Assembly: GCA_965216565.1 (NCBI GenBank)
Contig: OZ244170.1
Span: 3,264,001-3,328,000 of the forward strand
Direction: 5' to 3'
Length of the DNA stretch: 64,000 nt
Source: Bythopirellula sp.
GTDB taxonomy: Bacteria > Planctomycetota > Planctomycetia > Pirellulales > Lacipirellulaceae
The notes under the pieces are model-generated. The model was given only the letters and a program-made list of their open reading frames with translations, was not told the origin of the DNA and did no database searches. The translations under genes and the position numbers were made by a program. Every line of letters begins with the position of its first letter. Position 1 is the first letter of the stretch. Shown here one piece after another: positions 39,218 through 49,282 of this stretch.

Positions 39218-40159
39218 ATGGCCAGCTGGATCACACCACTCATCTTCGTCTCCGGAACGCTTGCGACGTTCAGCATGGCCACGATGGCCTTCGATTGGAT
39301 GTTGCGTCGAAGGATTGCCGCGCGAATGCGTGGAGTTGGCCTCCGAGGGAGCTCCGGTGAAGCCAACGGCACAAGCTTGTTTAAGGACATGTCGCGGTTT
39401 GACCGCGACTACATGGAACACTCCCCGGGTTGGCTAGAAAGATTAACCTCGCTGCTGGAGAAATCCAATACGTCCTTCACTAGCACGACCTTCTTATTCA
39501 CCAGCGCCGCATTGGCTCTCGCCCTAGGTGCGATTGGTTACGGTCATTCGATTTGGTTGGCAATGACTCTCGCATTAGTGGGAGCCGTAACACCTTTGCT
39601 CACCATGGTCCATCGGGTCCGTAAGCTACAAACAAGAATTACAGAACAACTCCCCGAAGCATTTGCCATGATCAGCCGGGCCGTACGGGCGGGTCAAACG
39701 GTTCCTTCGGCACTACAGATTATTGCCAACGACTTCGAGCAGCCCATTGCGGGCGAATTCTCGCGTTGTCACGAGCAGCAGAATTTGGGCATCTCCCGAG
39801 AAATCGCACTTCGTGATCTAGCAAAGCGGGCAAGCGTGATGGAACTTCAACTCTTTGTCGTTGCAGTGCTGGTTCAATCCCGATCGGGTTGCGACCTGGT
39901 CGAGTTGCTTGACAACTTGGCGGAAATGGTACGCAAACGGTTGAAACTGAAAGATCGGATTCGCGCGCTCACCGGTGAGGGCCGCATGCAGGCCCGAGCG
40001 CTATTGGTGCTCCCACTTGCTGCGTTTATCGGAATCTATTTCGTCGCGCCGGAATACATTTCTTGCCTTCTAGAACGACCAGGTCTTCTGGCGGCTACCG
40101 GTGGGGCGCAATTGGTGGGGGTACTCTGGATCCGCAAAATCGTAAACGTCAACTACTAA
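39218..40159 (+). CDS. tadB: Tad inner-membrane protein TadB
   Basis: QLPEAF.MISRAVRAG, P.AGEF, RALTGEGRMQA. Confidence 0.92.
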   Translation: MASWITPLIFVSGTLATFSMATMAFDWMLRRRIAARMRGVGLRGSSGEANGTSLFKDMSRFDRDYMEHSPGWLERLTSLLEKSNTSFTSTTFLFTSAALALALGAIGYGHSIWLAMTLALVGAVTPLLTMVHRVRKLQTRITEQLPEAFAMISRAVRAGQTVPSALQIIANDFEQPIAGEFSRCHEQQNLGISREIALRDLAKRASVMELQLFVVAVLVQSRSGCDLVELLDNLAEMVRKRLKLKDRIRALTGEGRMQARALLVLPLAAFIGIYFVAPEYISCLLERPGLLAATGGAQLVGVLWIRKIVNVNY

Positions 40160-40184
40160 TCGCTTGGAATCCGGAACTGCAGCT

Positions 40185-41108
40185 ATGATTATCTACATTG
40201 TCGCGATCGCGTTTGCCTTTCTGGCAGTTACCTGTGCAAGTTATTTGCTTTTTAGCTTCGCCGATCCCTATCGCCTGCGAGTGCGCAATCGCGTGGAGGA
40301 AGTCCGCGGACAGACGCCATCCCTATCTACCGAGACACCAACTTCGACAACCGGTGCTACGAACGGCATTTTTCATCGGCTTCAGGAAATGATCCCCCAT
40401 CGGGCCGCCAACAAAAGCCATCTTGCTAAAAAACTTGGCCAGGCGGGAATCTACAGGCCCACTGCGGTGTCTTCCTATTACGCCTCGCAATTGTTTTTGG
40501 CGATCCTATCCGGCGCTATCGCTCTCTTGTGCTGCACGATGACAAGCGTCAGCCCAAGGATGGTTTTCCTGCTGACATTCATTGCTGCTGCCCTGGGGTC
40601 CTTCATTCCGGGACTACGATTGAAGCTTGCGATTCGTCGACGCAAAGCTGAGTTGCAAAAATCGCTCCCAGATTTTCTTGATCTTGTTACCGTTTGCCTC
40701 GAAGGCGGTTTAAGCCTGCAGGAAACGATCCGCCGCGTCGCCGACGAGCTAACTCTGGCCAACCCCCTGCTCGCTAGTGAACTGACCATCGTTCGGCGCG
40801 ATGTCGAACTAGGTGCCACCGTAGACCATGCTCTGAAAAGGTTTGCGACCCGTTCCGACTACGAGGGCATCAAAAGCCTCAGCATTTTCATTCGCGAGGC
40901 ACAACGATTTGGCACAAACATTGCCGAGGCGTTACGCAGTCACGCAGACATGTTACGCGTGAAACGTGAACAGTTAGCAGAGGAAAACTCGCAAAAGGCA
41001 TCCGTGAAAATCTTACTTCCAACGCTGCTCTTAATTTTCCCAGCAATCTTCGTTGTTATAGTCGCGCCCGCAGTTATTCAGATTCAAGAATTGTTTGCCG
41101 GCCAATAG
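40185..41108 (+). CDS. tadC: Tad inner-membrane protein TadC
   Basis: LPDFLDL.TVCLEGG, RFGTNIAEALR, AEE..QKASVKILLP.LLLIFPA. Confidence 0.92.
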   Translation: MIIYIVAIAFAFLAVTCASYLLFSFADPYRLRVRNRVEEVRGQTPSLSTETPTSTTGATNGIFHRLQEMIPHRAANKSHLAKKLGQAGIYRPTAVSSYYASQLFLAILSGAIALLCCTMTSVSPRMVFLLTFIAAALGSFIPGLRLKLAIRRRKAELQKSLPDFLDLVTVCLEGGLSLQETIRRVADELTLANPLLASELTIVRRDVELGATVDHALKRFATRSDYEGIKSLSIFIREAQRFGTNIAEALRSHADMLRVKREQLAEENSQKASVKILLPTLLLIFPAIFVVIVAPAVIQIQELFAGQ

Positions 41109-41155
41109 TAAATAGTCACAGAGCTAAACGATTTTCTCAATCGAGTCTTTCAAAT

Positions 41156-41593
41156 ATGTCAAATCTCAATCTATCAACGAAAGCTAGGCTGCACAGGCCC
41201 GGTCTTGCGGCAACTGAATTCGCTATTGCGGGTCCATTGCTATTGTTACTGGCTCTAGGTGGAGCCGACTTTGGTCGCGTGATGCATCACTACCAAATTG
41301 TAGCAGCCGCTGCGCGTGGCGGCGCGGAGAACGCGGCCGCGCATGGATTCACTCAATTCAGTAGACCCTTCTGGGAGGCAGAGGTACGGCTGGCAACCGT
41401 AGATACCATGTCGGCTCTTCCAGACTTTAACGAGGCGTCTCTCAGCTATAGCCTGTCCGAGCGGTTCGATACAGATGGTGTGATGCGGTTTACGGTCGAT
41501 GTCTCCTATCCATTTCGCACGCTCATCGCTTGGCCGGGAATACCACAAGAGTTCACGATGCGCGACCAAGTTGAATTTCGTCGATTCCGATGA
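41156..41593 (+). CDS. tadE: TadE-like pseudopilin
   Basis: RPG|LAATEFAI..P, DFGR, AAARGGA. Confidence 0.85.
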   Translation: MSNLNLSTKARLHRPGLAATEFAIAGPLLLLLALGGADFGRVMHHYQIVAAAARGGAENAAAHGFTQFSRPFWEAEVRLATVDTMSALPDFNEASLSYSLSERFDTDGVMRFTVDVSYPFRTLIAWPGIPQEFTMRDQVEFRRFR

Positions 41594-42096
41594 GCTGTGT
41601 GAACGAGAAAGAACCGATAGCCGTGATCTACCGAAGTAGAACAACTCGATATTCTGCAATGCGACTTCGCCCAGGTGTTACCACGGTCGAGAGCGCCTTA
41701 ATTCTAACTACACTGTTGTTCATCCTGATGAGCTTGCTTGATCTGGGGCTTTGTGCATTCCGGTTCAATGCCCTGGGGTCGGCGGCGCATCGTGTTGCAC
41801 GGGGACTCAGCATTAAGGGCACCCTCGCGCCCGTGGGCATCACCCCACTCGGTCCCGATCCTTACGCAGGGACGGCCGCAGACAGTTCGGACATTGTTGC
41901 TTCACTGAACGGCTTAGTTCCCACTATGGATCCGATCGACGTCCAGGTGATTGCCACGTGGCCTGATGGCGAGAATCGGCCCCGAGACCGCGTTGAAGTT
42001 CAGGTCCAATATGTGCATCAACCAATCTCTCCGGTACTACTTCCTTGGGGACCGCTCACGCTTACGGCGGAGTCCGCTGCCAGAATTATTAACTAG
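41590..42096 (+). CDS. tadE: TadE-like pseudopilin (second copy; start may be ATG 41659)
   Basis: RPG|VTTVESAL, DLG, AAHRVAR. Confidence 0.82.
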   Translation: MSCVNEKEPIAVIYRSRTTRYSAMRLRPGVTTVESALILTTLLFILMSLLDLGLCAFRFNALGSAAHRVARGLSIKGTLAPVGITPLGPDPYAGTAADSSDIVASLNGLVPTMDPIDVQVIATWPDGENRPRDRVEVQVQYVHQPISPVLLPWGPLTLTAESAARIIN

Positions 42097-42143
42097 GCCA
42101 GACTCTGCAATAAGGCCGGGGTCGCTAATAAGGTACATCGATC

Positions 42144-43919
42144 ATGATCCAAGATCAGTGCAATTCGCGCCGCATGCACCGCCATCATAGCGGGAAGACT
42201 CTCGCACTTTTGGCAATCATGCTACCGTCGCTATTGGCAGTCGTTGGGCTGGTGGTGGACGGCGGGCTGATGCTCAGCACACATCGCCAATTACAGAACG
42301 CCATCGACTCTGGCGCACTGGCCGGCGTCGTTGACTTGCAATCCGGCAAATCGAGTGCATCGGCTACGTCCACGGCGCAAGATGCCGTCCAGCTCTACAA
42401 CAACTTTCCCGATGCTCAAGTCGAGGTAAACATTCCACCTACGACGGGACAGTTCGCCGGCAGGTCTAACCATATTGAACTGATCGCGACAGTCGACTAT
42501 CAACCTAGATTGATGCCCGCCTTGGGAGGAGTTCTTAGCCAAACTATCCGCGCGCGCTCAGTTGCCGGGGTGGCAGATTCGCAAGTCGGTGCAGCACTTG
42601 CCATTCTGGACCCCGAACCAGCGAACCTGGACTACACCAATCTTCAAGGTGGGGGGCTCCTAGGGGATACAAATGCTATTGCTATTTCCGCAGCCAACCA
42701 ATCGGCTGCGATCGAGCGACTCGAATCCGAACCTATAGTAGGCCTTGTTGCGGCAACGTTGCTGCAATCCGAACTAAATGCCGTTTTTACATCTGTCATT
42801 CAACAACTCGCCGATGACGTCGCTGCCCAACTGCCAACGACATCGGCTCCTAGTTTGTTGGGGGGACTAGAGATTGAAGGCAGCGGCCGAATACGTGTCG
42901 ACGGGGCTGTCCATGTCAACAACGAGTGGGGAGATCGGGACGAGCGCGGTGAACCGTGTGGACAAGCACTCGGGCCACCCAACGCTGTTGCTTGCATGCC
43001 ACTGTTGAGCACAACTCGACTGCACGCTCACGAGATTCGCGTTGTTGGTGGAGTCGACGACGAGAACAATTACTTGCCGTTCCTACAAGGTGCCAGAGAT
43101 CCGCTCCGCGCCAATTCTCTGCCCGTGCCGGATCCATTCGAGGGAATCGCCACGCCCTCCGCAGCAAGTGATCCAGGCAACGTTGCGATTCCGACAGAAC
43201 CTCCTGTGGATCTCGTGGTCGTTGCGCTTTCGCAAGCCGATGCACAAAATCTATTGGCCAATGTGCTGGGTAATCTACCGTTTGCATTGCAGCCGTTATT
43301 TACACCGCTTGTCGATGAGCTCACCTCGCTGCTCACGCAGCAGACGATTTCACCAGGGGTCTACAATTCTATTACCGTGTTCTCACCTGGCGGCGGAGTG
43401 ACTTTCTCGCCTGGGATTTACATAATCCGTGGCACGAATGCTTCGAATTTGGCTGGGCTGACGATTGTCGGACCGGTCACCGCTAGCGGCGTGATGTTCT
43501 ACGTAACAGACTCTGCTAGTTTCGACGCCGCGACGGGACTGCCCGATGCGGCAGAAGATCCGGAGGATCCTCCAACGAATAACATTGCTGCACTGTTTCC
43601 GAGTGTCTTAATGCTGCCGCTCTTGCCTGGAACATCGTATTCTGGTTTGAACGATCCTAGCAGTCCTTTCAACGAGATGCTGATATTCCAACGCCAACGC
43701 GATCGACGCCCAATTTTGATTGAGGGGCTGCAATCGGGAAGCGGAAACTACTCCGGCACGATCTACGCCAAATGGGGGCATAGCGCTTTTGTGCCCAGTG
43801 GGGGTTCTTATGGATTAAGATTTGCTAGCGGTACGATGCGAACCATCACCGTCGGCGATGCGCTTTTGAATCCTCAACCACTCTTGCCCGTTGCCAACGA
43901 CGTTCTGCTGCTGGAATAG
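42144..43919 (+). CDS. TadG-like protein with large C-terminal adhesin-like domain
   Basis: SG|KTL.LLAI.LP.LL..VGLVVDGG, LQNAIDSGALAG, VN.PP..G; PGVY/PGIY repeats, GTIYA. Confidence 0.85.
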   Translation: MIQDQCNSRRMHRHHSGKTLALLAIMLPSLLAVVGLVVDGGLMLSTHRQLQNAIDSGALAGVVDLQSGKSSASATSTAQDAVQLYNNFPDAQVEVNIPPTTGQFAGRSNHIELIATVDYQPRLMPALGGVLSQTIRARSVAGVADSQVGAALAILDPEPANLDYTNLQGGGLLGDTNAIAISAANQSAAIERLESEPIVGLVAATLLQSELNAVFTSVIQQLADDVAAQLPTTSAPSLLGGLEIEGSGRIRVDGAVHVNNEWGDRDERGEPCGQALGPPNAVACMPLLSTTRLHAHEIRVVGGVDDENNYLPFLQGARDPLRANSLPVPDPFEGIATPSAASDPGNVAIPTEPPVDLVVVALSQADAQNLLANVLGNLPFALQPLFTPLVDELTSLLTQQTISPGVYNSITVFSPGGGVTFSPGIYIIRGTNASNLAGLTIVGPVTASGVMFYVTDSASFDAATGLPDAAEDPEDPPTNNIAALFPSVLMLPLLPGTSYSGLNDPSSPFNEMLIFQRQRDRRPILIEGLQSGSGNYSGTIYAKWGHSAFVPSGGSYGLRFASGTMRTITVGDALLNPQPLLPVANDVLLLE

Positions 43920-44235
43920 TTAGATAGCTCACAGTTCGTGGGACGTTTGGCAGAAACTTCCGGCGGGTTCAAACCGATTGCTCTTGGTTGAAGGTCGGGC
44001 ATGCTATCCGTCTAGATCACTGGGGATTGAGATGGCCAACCTCAATTTAGACTCCAAAATAGTCCCCACCATAGGCAAAGCCCTTCTGCCAGGCTTCATC
44101 CAGCTCAAGACTAGCAATTGGAATTGCAGATCCTCCCAAAAAGAAGCTCGTCGCACCGAATAATTGCCTGTTTGCTGTCTTAGCTATACTATAAGGACAG
44201 GCAAATTCTCCATTGAATTCAAATCGGAACAAGAA

Positions 44236-45684
44236 GTGCGTTACTACGTCGTTCTATTAGCGATGCTGCTACCTGTGCCGACTTGGGGGCAGACAACCTC
44301 CTATCACATCGGCAATAGTCTCACGTGGGACAGCCAGCCCCTCTCGATGGAGCTCTACGGAGATAAGTTTGGGGCACCTCATCAGGCAGGTTACCACATC
44401 CACAATTCCTGGCCGCTGAAGGCGTTCGTCTTTGATCCCAACGCTGTGACGATCGATCCTCTAGAGGAATTCGGCAAATACACAGAGGCCTTGACCAACC
44501 ATCAATGGGATGTCGTCACACTGCAACCGCATACAACGCAAAGCTCAACACTACGAACCGATATAGACTCTATCAAGTCAATCATCGATCTTGCTCGCTC
44601 TAATCCTGCAAACTCGGATACAACGTTCTACATCTATGAGGCATGGCCAAATCAACAAGGTCAAAGCTATCAAAGCAAATGGGAAGCCCCACTCCCGAGC
44701 GGAGCAAATCCTTTTACAAGCCTCACACGTGAGTATTTCGACCTTCTATATACTAAGGTCAACCTTGAGACCGATGCTACGATTCGCACTATCCCCGTCG
44801 GTGAAGTGCTCTACGAAGTTGATCGGGCCATGCGCCAAGGCAAAGTGCCGGGCTTCATTTCAATCTCCCAAGCCTATCGAGATGGCATTCACTTGGACAA
44901 CGAAATTGGGCGTTACATCGCTTCGGCGACAACGTTTGCAACACTGTCAGGAGTGGATCCACTAACCCTCTACAAACCTCCTGGATTTCCTCAGAAAAAC
45001 CTCTATCCACTTTCCGATGAGGTGTATGACGCCGTTAACCAGGCCATACGCGACGTGCTGAGTGCCGACGTGAATTCTGGTGTCTATTATCCGGTTACAG
45101 ACTTTGACAATAATGGGGTCATCGGAGCCAAAGACCTTCGACTTTGGGAGAACTCGTATCCGGGCTTGCAATACGATTTAGACAAAGATGGAATGGTTAG
45201 TGGCCTGGACTTCTTCGAATGGCAAGTAGGTGCTACCAAGACTCCTATTGAGTTCGACGATAGCCCAGCAAATCTCGATGGACAGGGACTCGTCGACACT
45301 CAGGACTTACTGATATGGGAACAGGCCTACGGAACGGATGACCAAGCAGATTTAAATGGAGACGGCGTAACTGATGGCTTGGATTTCCTGCAGCTGCAGA
45401 CCGAACTAACTCCATTTGATATCGCAGATGCAAACAATGATCGACTAGTAAACGGCGACGACTTACATTACTGGGAAACCGCCTACGGCTACAGTGGTGT
45501 CGTGGATGCCGATAGAGATCAGATAGCCACGGGACTAGATTTCTTAATCTGGCAGCAAGAAGTAGGCTTGCCTGCGGTCCTGCCTCCACCGAATGTCAGT
45601 GTCGTCCCCGAACCACAGACATTACTTCACATCATCGTGCTGACCATTCTCTCCCTGGTCCACCCCACATTTCGCATTAAGTGA
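44236..45684 (+). CDS. Secreted SGNH-like (DUF4886-like) protein with six dockerin/EF-hand-like repeats and a PEP-CTERM-like tail
   Basis: HIGNSLTW, WDVVTLQP, IPVGE, YRDGIHL; DxxxDGxV repeats; VPEPQT + TM; GTG start chosen by signal peptide. Confidence 0.85.
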   Translation: MRYYVVLLAMLLPVPTWGQTTSYHIGNSLTWDSQPLSMELYGDKFGAPHQAGYHIHNSWPLKAFVFDPNAVTIDPLEEFGKYTEALTNHQWDVVTLQPHTTQSSTLRTDIDSIKSIIDLARSNPANSDTTFYIYEAWPNQQGQSYQSKWEAPLPSGANPFTSLTREYFDLLYTKVNLETDATIRTIPVGEVLYEVDRAMRQGKVPGFISISQAYRDGIHLDNEIGRYIASATTFATLSGVDPLTLYKPPGFPQKNLYPLSDEVYDAVNQAIRDVLSADVNSGVYYPVTDFDNNGVIGAKDLRLWENSYPGLQYDLDKDGMVSGLDFFEWQVGATKTPIEFDDSPANLDGQGLVDTQDLLIWEQAYGTDDQADLNGDGVTDGLDFLQLQTELTPFDIADANNDRLVNGDDLHYWETAYGYSGVVDADRDQIATGLDFLIWQQEVGLPAVLPPPNVSVVPEPQTLLHIIVLTILSLVHPTFRIK

Positions 45685-45716
45685 ATTCAGTTCCAAGCGA
45701 ACACTCAATCACTCGG

Positions 45717-45737
45717 GCCTAGAAACGCCGTCTAGGC
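45717..45737. terminator. Stem-loop, possible terminator
   Basis: GCCTAGA-N7-TCTAGGC between the CDS end and the tRNA fragment; no clear U-tract. Confidence 0.4.
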
Positions 45738-45779
45738 GCAGGTAACAGAAACTCTTGCTTCGACGATAGTCAAGTAAAG

Positions 45780-45821
45780 TATCCCCGAGTGGATTCGAAC
45801 CACTAACCTTCGGCTTCGGAG
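45780..45821 (-). tRNA. 3' half only of tRNA-Arg(CCG); att-site duplication, not a functional gene
   Basis: Minus strand CTCCGAA-GCCGA-AGGTT-AGTGG-TTCGAAT-CCACT-CGGGGAT-A = anticodon loop to discriminator. Upstream bases (CCATT) cannot form the anticodon stem and no D-arm is present. Confidence 0.88.
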
Positions 45822-46257
45822 AATGGTTAGAGTTTCCCGAAAAATCGCAGCGTTTCTCGGTAACCACGGCATCTTACACCCTTCACCGACCTTTGCAAAC
45901 TCTTTTGGTGCTTGTCAGTTTTTATCGGACTATCACGGTAATCGGATTTTCGACGTGCACCAGAAACGGTAGTTACCGTTTTTAGATTTCAGGGACCGCT
46001 ATATCAACTTGAAATTTGATTGTGCTCGATCACTCGCGTAGGATAGTTCTAAGTTACTACTGAGAGAGTGTGGCCTAGTAACGACTATTTAGTGTTGTCC
46101 GGAGAACTCGGAATAACTAATTAAGCGATCTACGTTTGCCAGCAATCTGCTATAAATTCCTGCACAGGAACGCCACTTAAAGAACCATTTATCTATCACC
46201 GAAACGATACAAGTTTTGACGAGATTTACGATCGCTAAGGAGAACAATCTTCGTTGC

Positions 46258-49185
46258 TTAGTCCGCAGAGGGCTCTGTCACAGATGATTCCAGTAACTTG
46301 GTCACTGCCCATTTGCCGTGGCCTAGCTTAGTGAGGTAGCCAGCCTCCCCTAGTTCCCTGAGAACCTTACTGAGGCGATCCTTCTTCCACCCCCAAGATG
46401 AAACCATCTCCCCCGTCCGAAAGTTGCAAAAAGTGTATATTATATTACTTACACTTTTTGCAACTTGCTCCTCGAACCAGGCATACCTCTCCAGGGCTAA
46501 TTGGCTGAGAGGTTTTATGTCATTTACTTCATCAGACACGGTCAGTCCAACGTTCTCATTTGAGAAGACGATCACCGGTATCCCGTTGGGAAGGTTCGAC
46601 CGAGCCCTCCCAATGGCCTGCTGCAAAGCGGCAGTGACTTGAACTCCATGAGCTGCTCGCCAGAGAGAATGCTCATAACCGACTCCGTGGATCACCCTAC
46701 GGCCACCACTTTCGGTTGCTGCGGTCCACCTTTGCTTTTTCCACTCTCCATCCTGCTCCATTGATTCCAGGTCGCCGATTCTTAGTAATTCTGCCTGGAT
46801 TACCTCGGGAGGAACTCTTGGTGTGCCAAGGATCAATAGCAAGCCACAGTCCTTGTGCCAGCTGTTTGAAGCTTTATCATCTCCCTGGCCAAAGTAGGCG
46901 GTTTTAGATATTCGGCCCCGAAGCCCACCCAGAGGACTATTGTCTGCCATTAAATTGTCGATGTGAGGCTTGTGACCGATAACTCCGATCCGCTGGGCAT
47001 TGGGATACTTCAGCATTGTTGCGGCAAGCAAACTCGCCACAGTCGTGGCTTTGGTCCTGCGTTTGATGTCCCGCGGAACTTGAAGCTGCAGATGTCTAGG
47101 CTCTAAGATCCCATCAGGTGTGATATCAACCACCTCTCTACCCGAAAGCAACTCAATTCGAGCAGCACTACCCGTGGCGTCTGAAAAGATTACCGGAGTA
47201 TTTTCAGGTAGCTCTGTTTTGAAGATGCCGATAACGGACTTGTCAAACTGCATGCTGTCGCATTTCTTCTTCGGCTGTTCAACCTTGATAACGCAAAGAT
47301 GAAGCTTTCCGCTGATCAAGCCTAGCATCATTTCCATGGCACTTGCCAGATTGCCAGCGCTCGATGCCTGGTTAAATCTCTCGTCTTCATTCGGTCCCGA
47401 TTGTCGAGAGATTGCGGATCTGCAGGCATTCAGAAGTCGTGCCTGAACTACTGAGCGGAGCTTCACGTACTTCGACGGCTCAAATTCTACAGTTCGTTCC
47501 GCGGCTTCCACTGCAGCGATAAGAGCTTGTGCTGTGTCTGCAAGAATGTCAAACACCTCAACGCAGTTTATGTCAACATTTCCAGGCCGCCGCTTAGTCT
47601 CTTGATATTTCGCTTCTGCCGCAATAGTGAATATTGCTTGTAGGTCAGAAGCGGAAATCGTGAGTTTGTGCCTAAGCAACTCAACTGCGTCTTCGTGCAC
47701 CGCGAGATAATGACGTTGCTTACATACTTCGCCTCGACTGGCCTGAAACATTTTGTGAGTGGCTACTAAATGTGAACCATTCAAAGCGAGATTTCGTTTC
47801 TCGATAAAGTCACACCCTTCCCTGAACTCACAAGAAGGACAAACAGCCGCGCCAGGTGAAAGACCATAGCCCTCTGCTTCATTCACGGTTTGCTTGTTCC
47901 GGCAGACGCCGTAATTCCACTCAGCTTGAACTTCTTGGACACCGTTCTTCGCCATGCCTTCGAAGTATCTCTCCTCTTCCTCCGGAGACACTCTCGCGGG
48001 AAGCTTCGTTGCATCGAGTCCAAAATCTTTGCACAACGCTGCAACGAGCTCATCGCCGTTAGCATGAGTTGGGACGACAGTGAGAGATGTGAGAACGTGC
48101 TCTAGAATCTTGGAGTCCGCATAAGACTTGCCCGATCCGGTTGGCGAGCCATCAAAGTAGATTTCAGGTTTCTTAATAGCCTTAACGCGGGCTAAGAAGA
48201 GATCTTCCCTAAAGATGTCGAGACTTCGCACAGGACCCTTTAAAGGTTCTTGATACGGTTCTGCAGGAGGGGGAGGGGCAACTATTTCAACGTCCAGTGA
48301 CCACTCTGGTTTAGGTCCTGGGGCGTTGAGATATTCACGAACGTCTTTGAATCCCTCGGGAGGGAGAGCCCAGCCGATAGATCGATTGAGTTGCTCTGCT
48401 AATTGCTTTGCAATCGAGATGGCCCCGTCTCGACCAGGCCACCTGTTGGTATCAGCTTTGAAGTCTCTCTCGCCCAACACAACAATTTCCCGATCCTCAT
48501 GAGGTCTCAGCAGTTCTGCCAAATCATCAACACCACCAAGATTAGATGGGCGACCCATGGCACTCAGGCCCATCGTCATACAGGCGGCCGTGTCGCTACC
48601 GCCCTCGACTAGATAGACCGGACCTTGGGAGTCATGCCAATCGTCGGCGTATATTAGCCCTCTCTTGCTACCTGAAATGGCTCTCTTTGTTCCGTCCGTG
48701 CGACGCCGAGTTGAGATCCCTTTGACTCTCCCACTCGCATCACGTTCCGGAAATGTCCATTGATTGACGCCACCAGTAGCCATGATGCCTACGTTTAGTT
48801 TGATCAGCGCCTGAACATCAACTCCAAGTTCTCGTGCTAGCTTCGGAAGTAATATCTCTGCTCTAGCGGTTGCGGAAACGGACATCCGATCAAACTTGTG
48901 ATCGGAAACTTTCTCAAAGTCGGGCTTATAATTGCTTTGTGATCCGGGTGGGTTGCACTGAGTTTTCGATCTAGCGGAGAAGGAGCTGTTGTTTGCTCCG
49001 CTCATAAAGTGCAAATACTGCCCGCCACGGTTGTGACCATTGTTGCTCTTAACCCGTCCGCAATAGACTGCGTTGCCGTCGATGGAGACTGTGCAGTTGT
49101 CGGGCTTGCTACAAATAGGGCAAGGCTTGGATTTTGAAACTGGGTGCCAGTTCTCTTTGCCATGTTTTACATTCAGGCCAAACAA
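46258..49185 (-). CDS. Mobile-element replication protein: Zn finger, TOPRIM primase, helicase-like P-loop and wHTH
   Basis: CPICSKPDNC, VEGGSDTAA, KDVRE, SPTGSGKS, C..CPSC....GC cluster, QAIGRAR, C-terminal LRELGEAGYL; only a TTG start is available. Confidence 0.85.
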   Translation of the reverse strand: MFGLNVKHGKENWHPVSKSKPCPICSKPDNCTVSIDGNAVYCGRVKSNNGHNRGGQYLHFMSGANNSSFSARSKTQCNPPGSQSNYKPDFEKVSDHKFDRMSVSATARAEILLPKLARELGVDVQALIKLNVGIMATGGVNQWTFPERDASGRVKGISTRRRTDGTKRAISGSKRGLIYADDWHDSQGPVYLVEGGSDTAACMTMGLSAMGRPSNLGGVDDLAELLRPHEDREIVVLGERDFKADTNRWPGRDGAISIAKQLAEQLNRSIGWALPPEGFKDVREYLNAPGPKPEWSLDVEIVAPPPPAEPYQEPLKGPVRSLDIFREDLFLARVKAIKKPEIYFDGSPTGSGKSYADSKILEHVLTSLTVVPTHANGDELVAALCKDFGLDATKLPARVSPEEEERYFEGMAKNGVQEVQAEWNYGVCRNKQTVNEAEGYGLSPGAAVCPSCEFREGCDFIEKRNLALNGSHLVATHKMFQASRGEVCKQRHYLAVHEDAVELLRHKLTISASDLQAIFTIAAEAKYQETKRRPGNVDINCVEVFDILADTAQALIAAVEAAERTVEFEPSKYVKLRSVVQARLLNACRSAISRQSGPNEDERFNQASSAGNLASAMEMMLGLISGKLHLCVIKVEQPKKKCDSMQFDKSVIGIFKTELPENTPVIFSDATGSAARIELLSGREVVDITPDGILEPRHLQLQVPRDIKRRTKATTVASLLAATMLKYPNAQRIGVIGHKPHIDNLMADNSPLGGLRGRISKTAYFGQGDDKASNSWHKDCGLLLILGTPRVPPEVIQAELLRIGDLESMEQDGEWKKQRWTAATESGGRRVIHGVGYEHSLWRAAHGVQVTAALQQAIGRARSNLPNGIPVIVFSNENVGLTVSDEVNDIKPLSQLALERYAWFEEQVAKSVSNIIYTFCNFRTGEMVSSWGWKKDRLSKVLRELGEAGYLTKLGHGKWAVTKLLESSVTEPSAD

Positions 49186-49282
49186 GAAAGTGTGCCATCA
49201 CTAAGTATCTGAAGAGGCATGCTACGAGATCGAGAACTGTGATTTGAAAGAGACTGAACTAGACCGAGAGAGACGCCCTATA

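Noticed and set aside
40910..40924. TGGCACAAACATTGC, a near-perfect sigma54 consensus inside tadC
   Set aside because: It encodes the conserved RFGT.IA motif of TadC, so coding constraint explains it; an internal promoter cannot be excluded but has no support.
43925..43980. GGTTCAAACC resembling a tRNA T-loop
   Set aside because: No T-stem, acceptor stem or cloverleaf around it.
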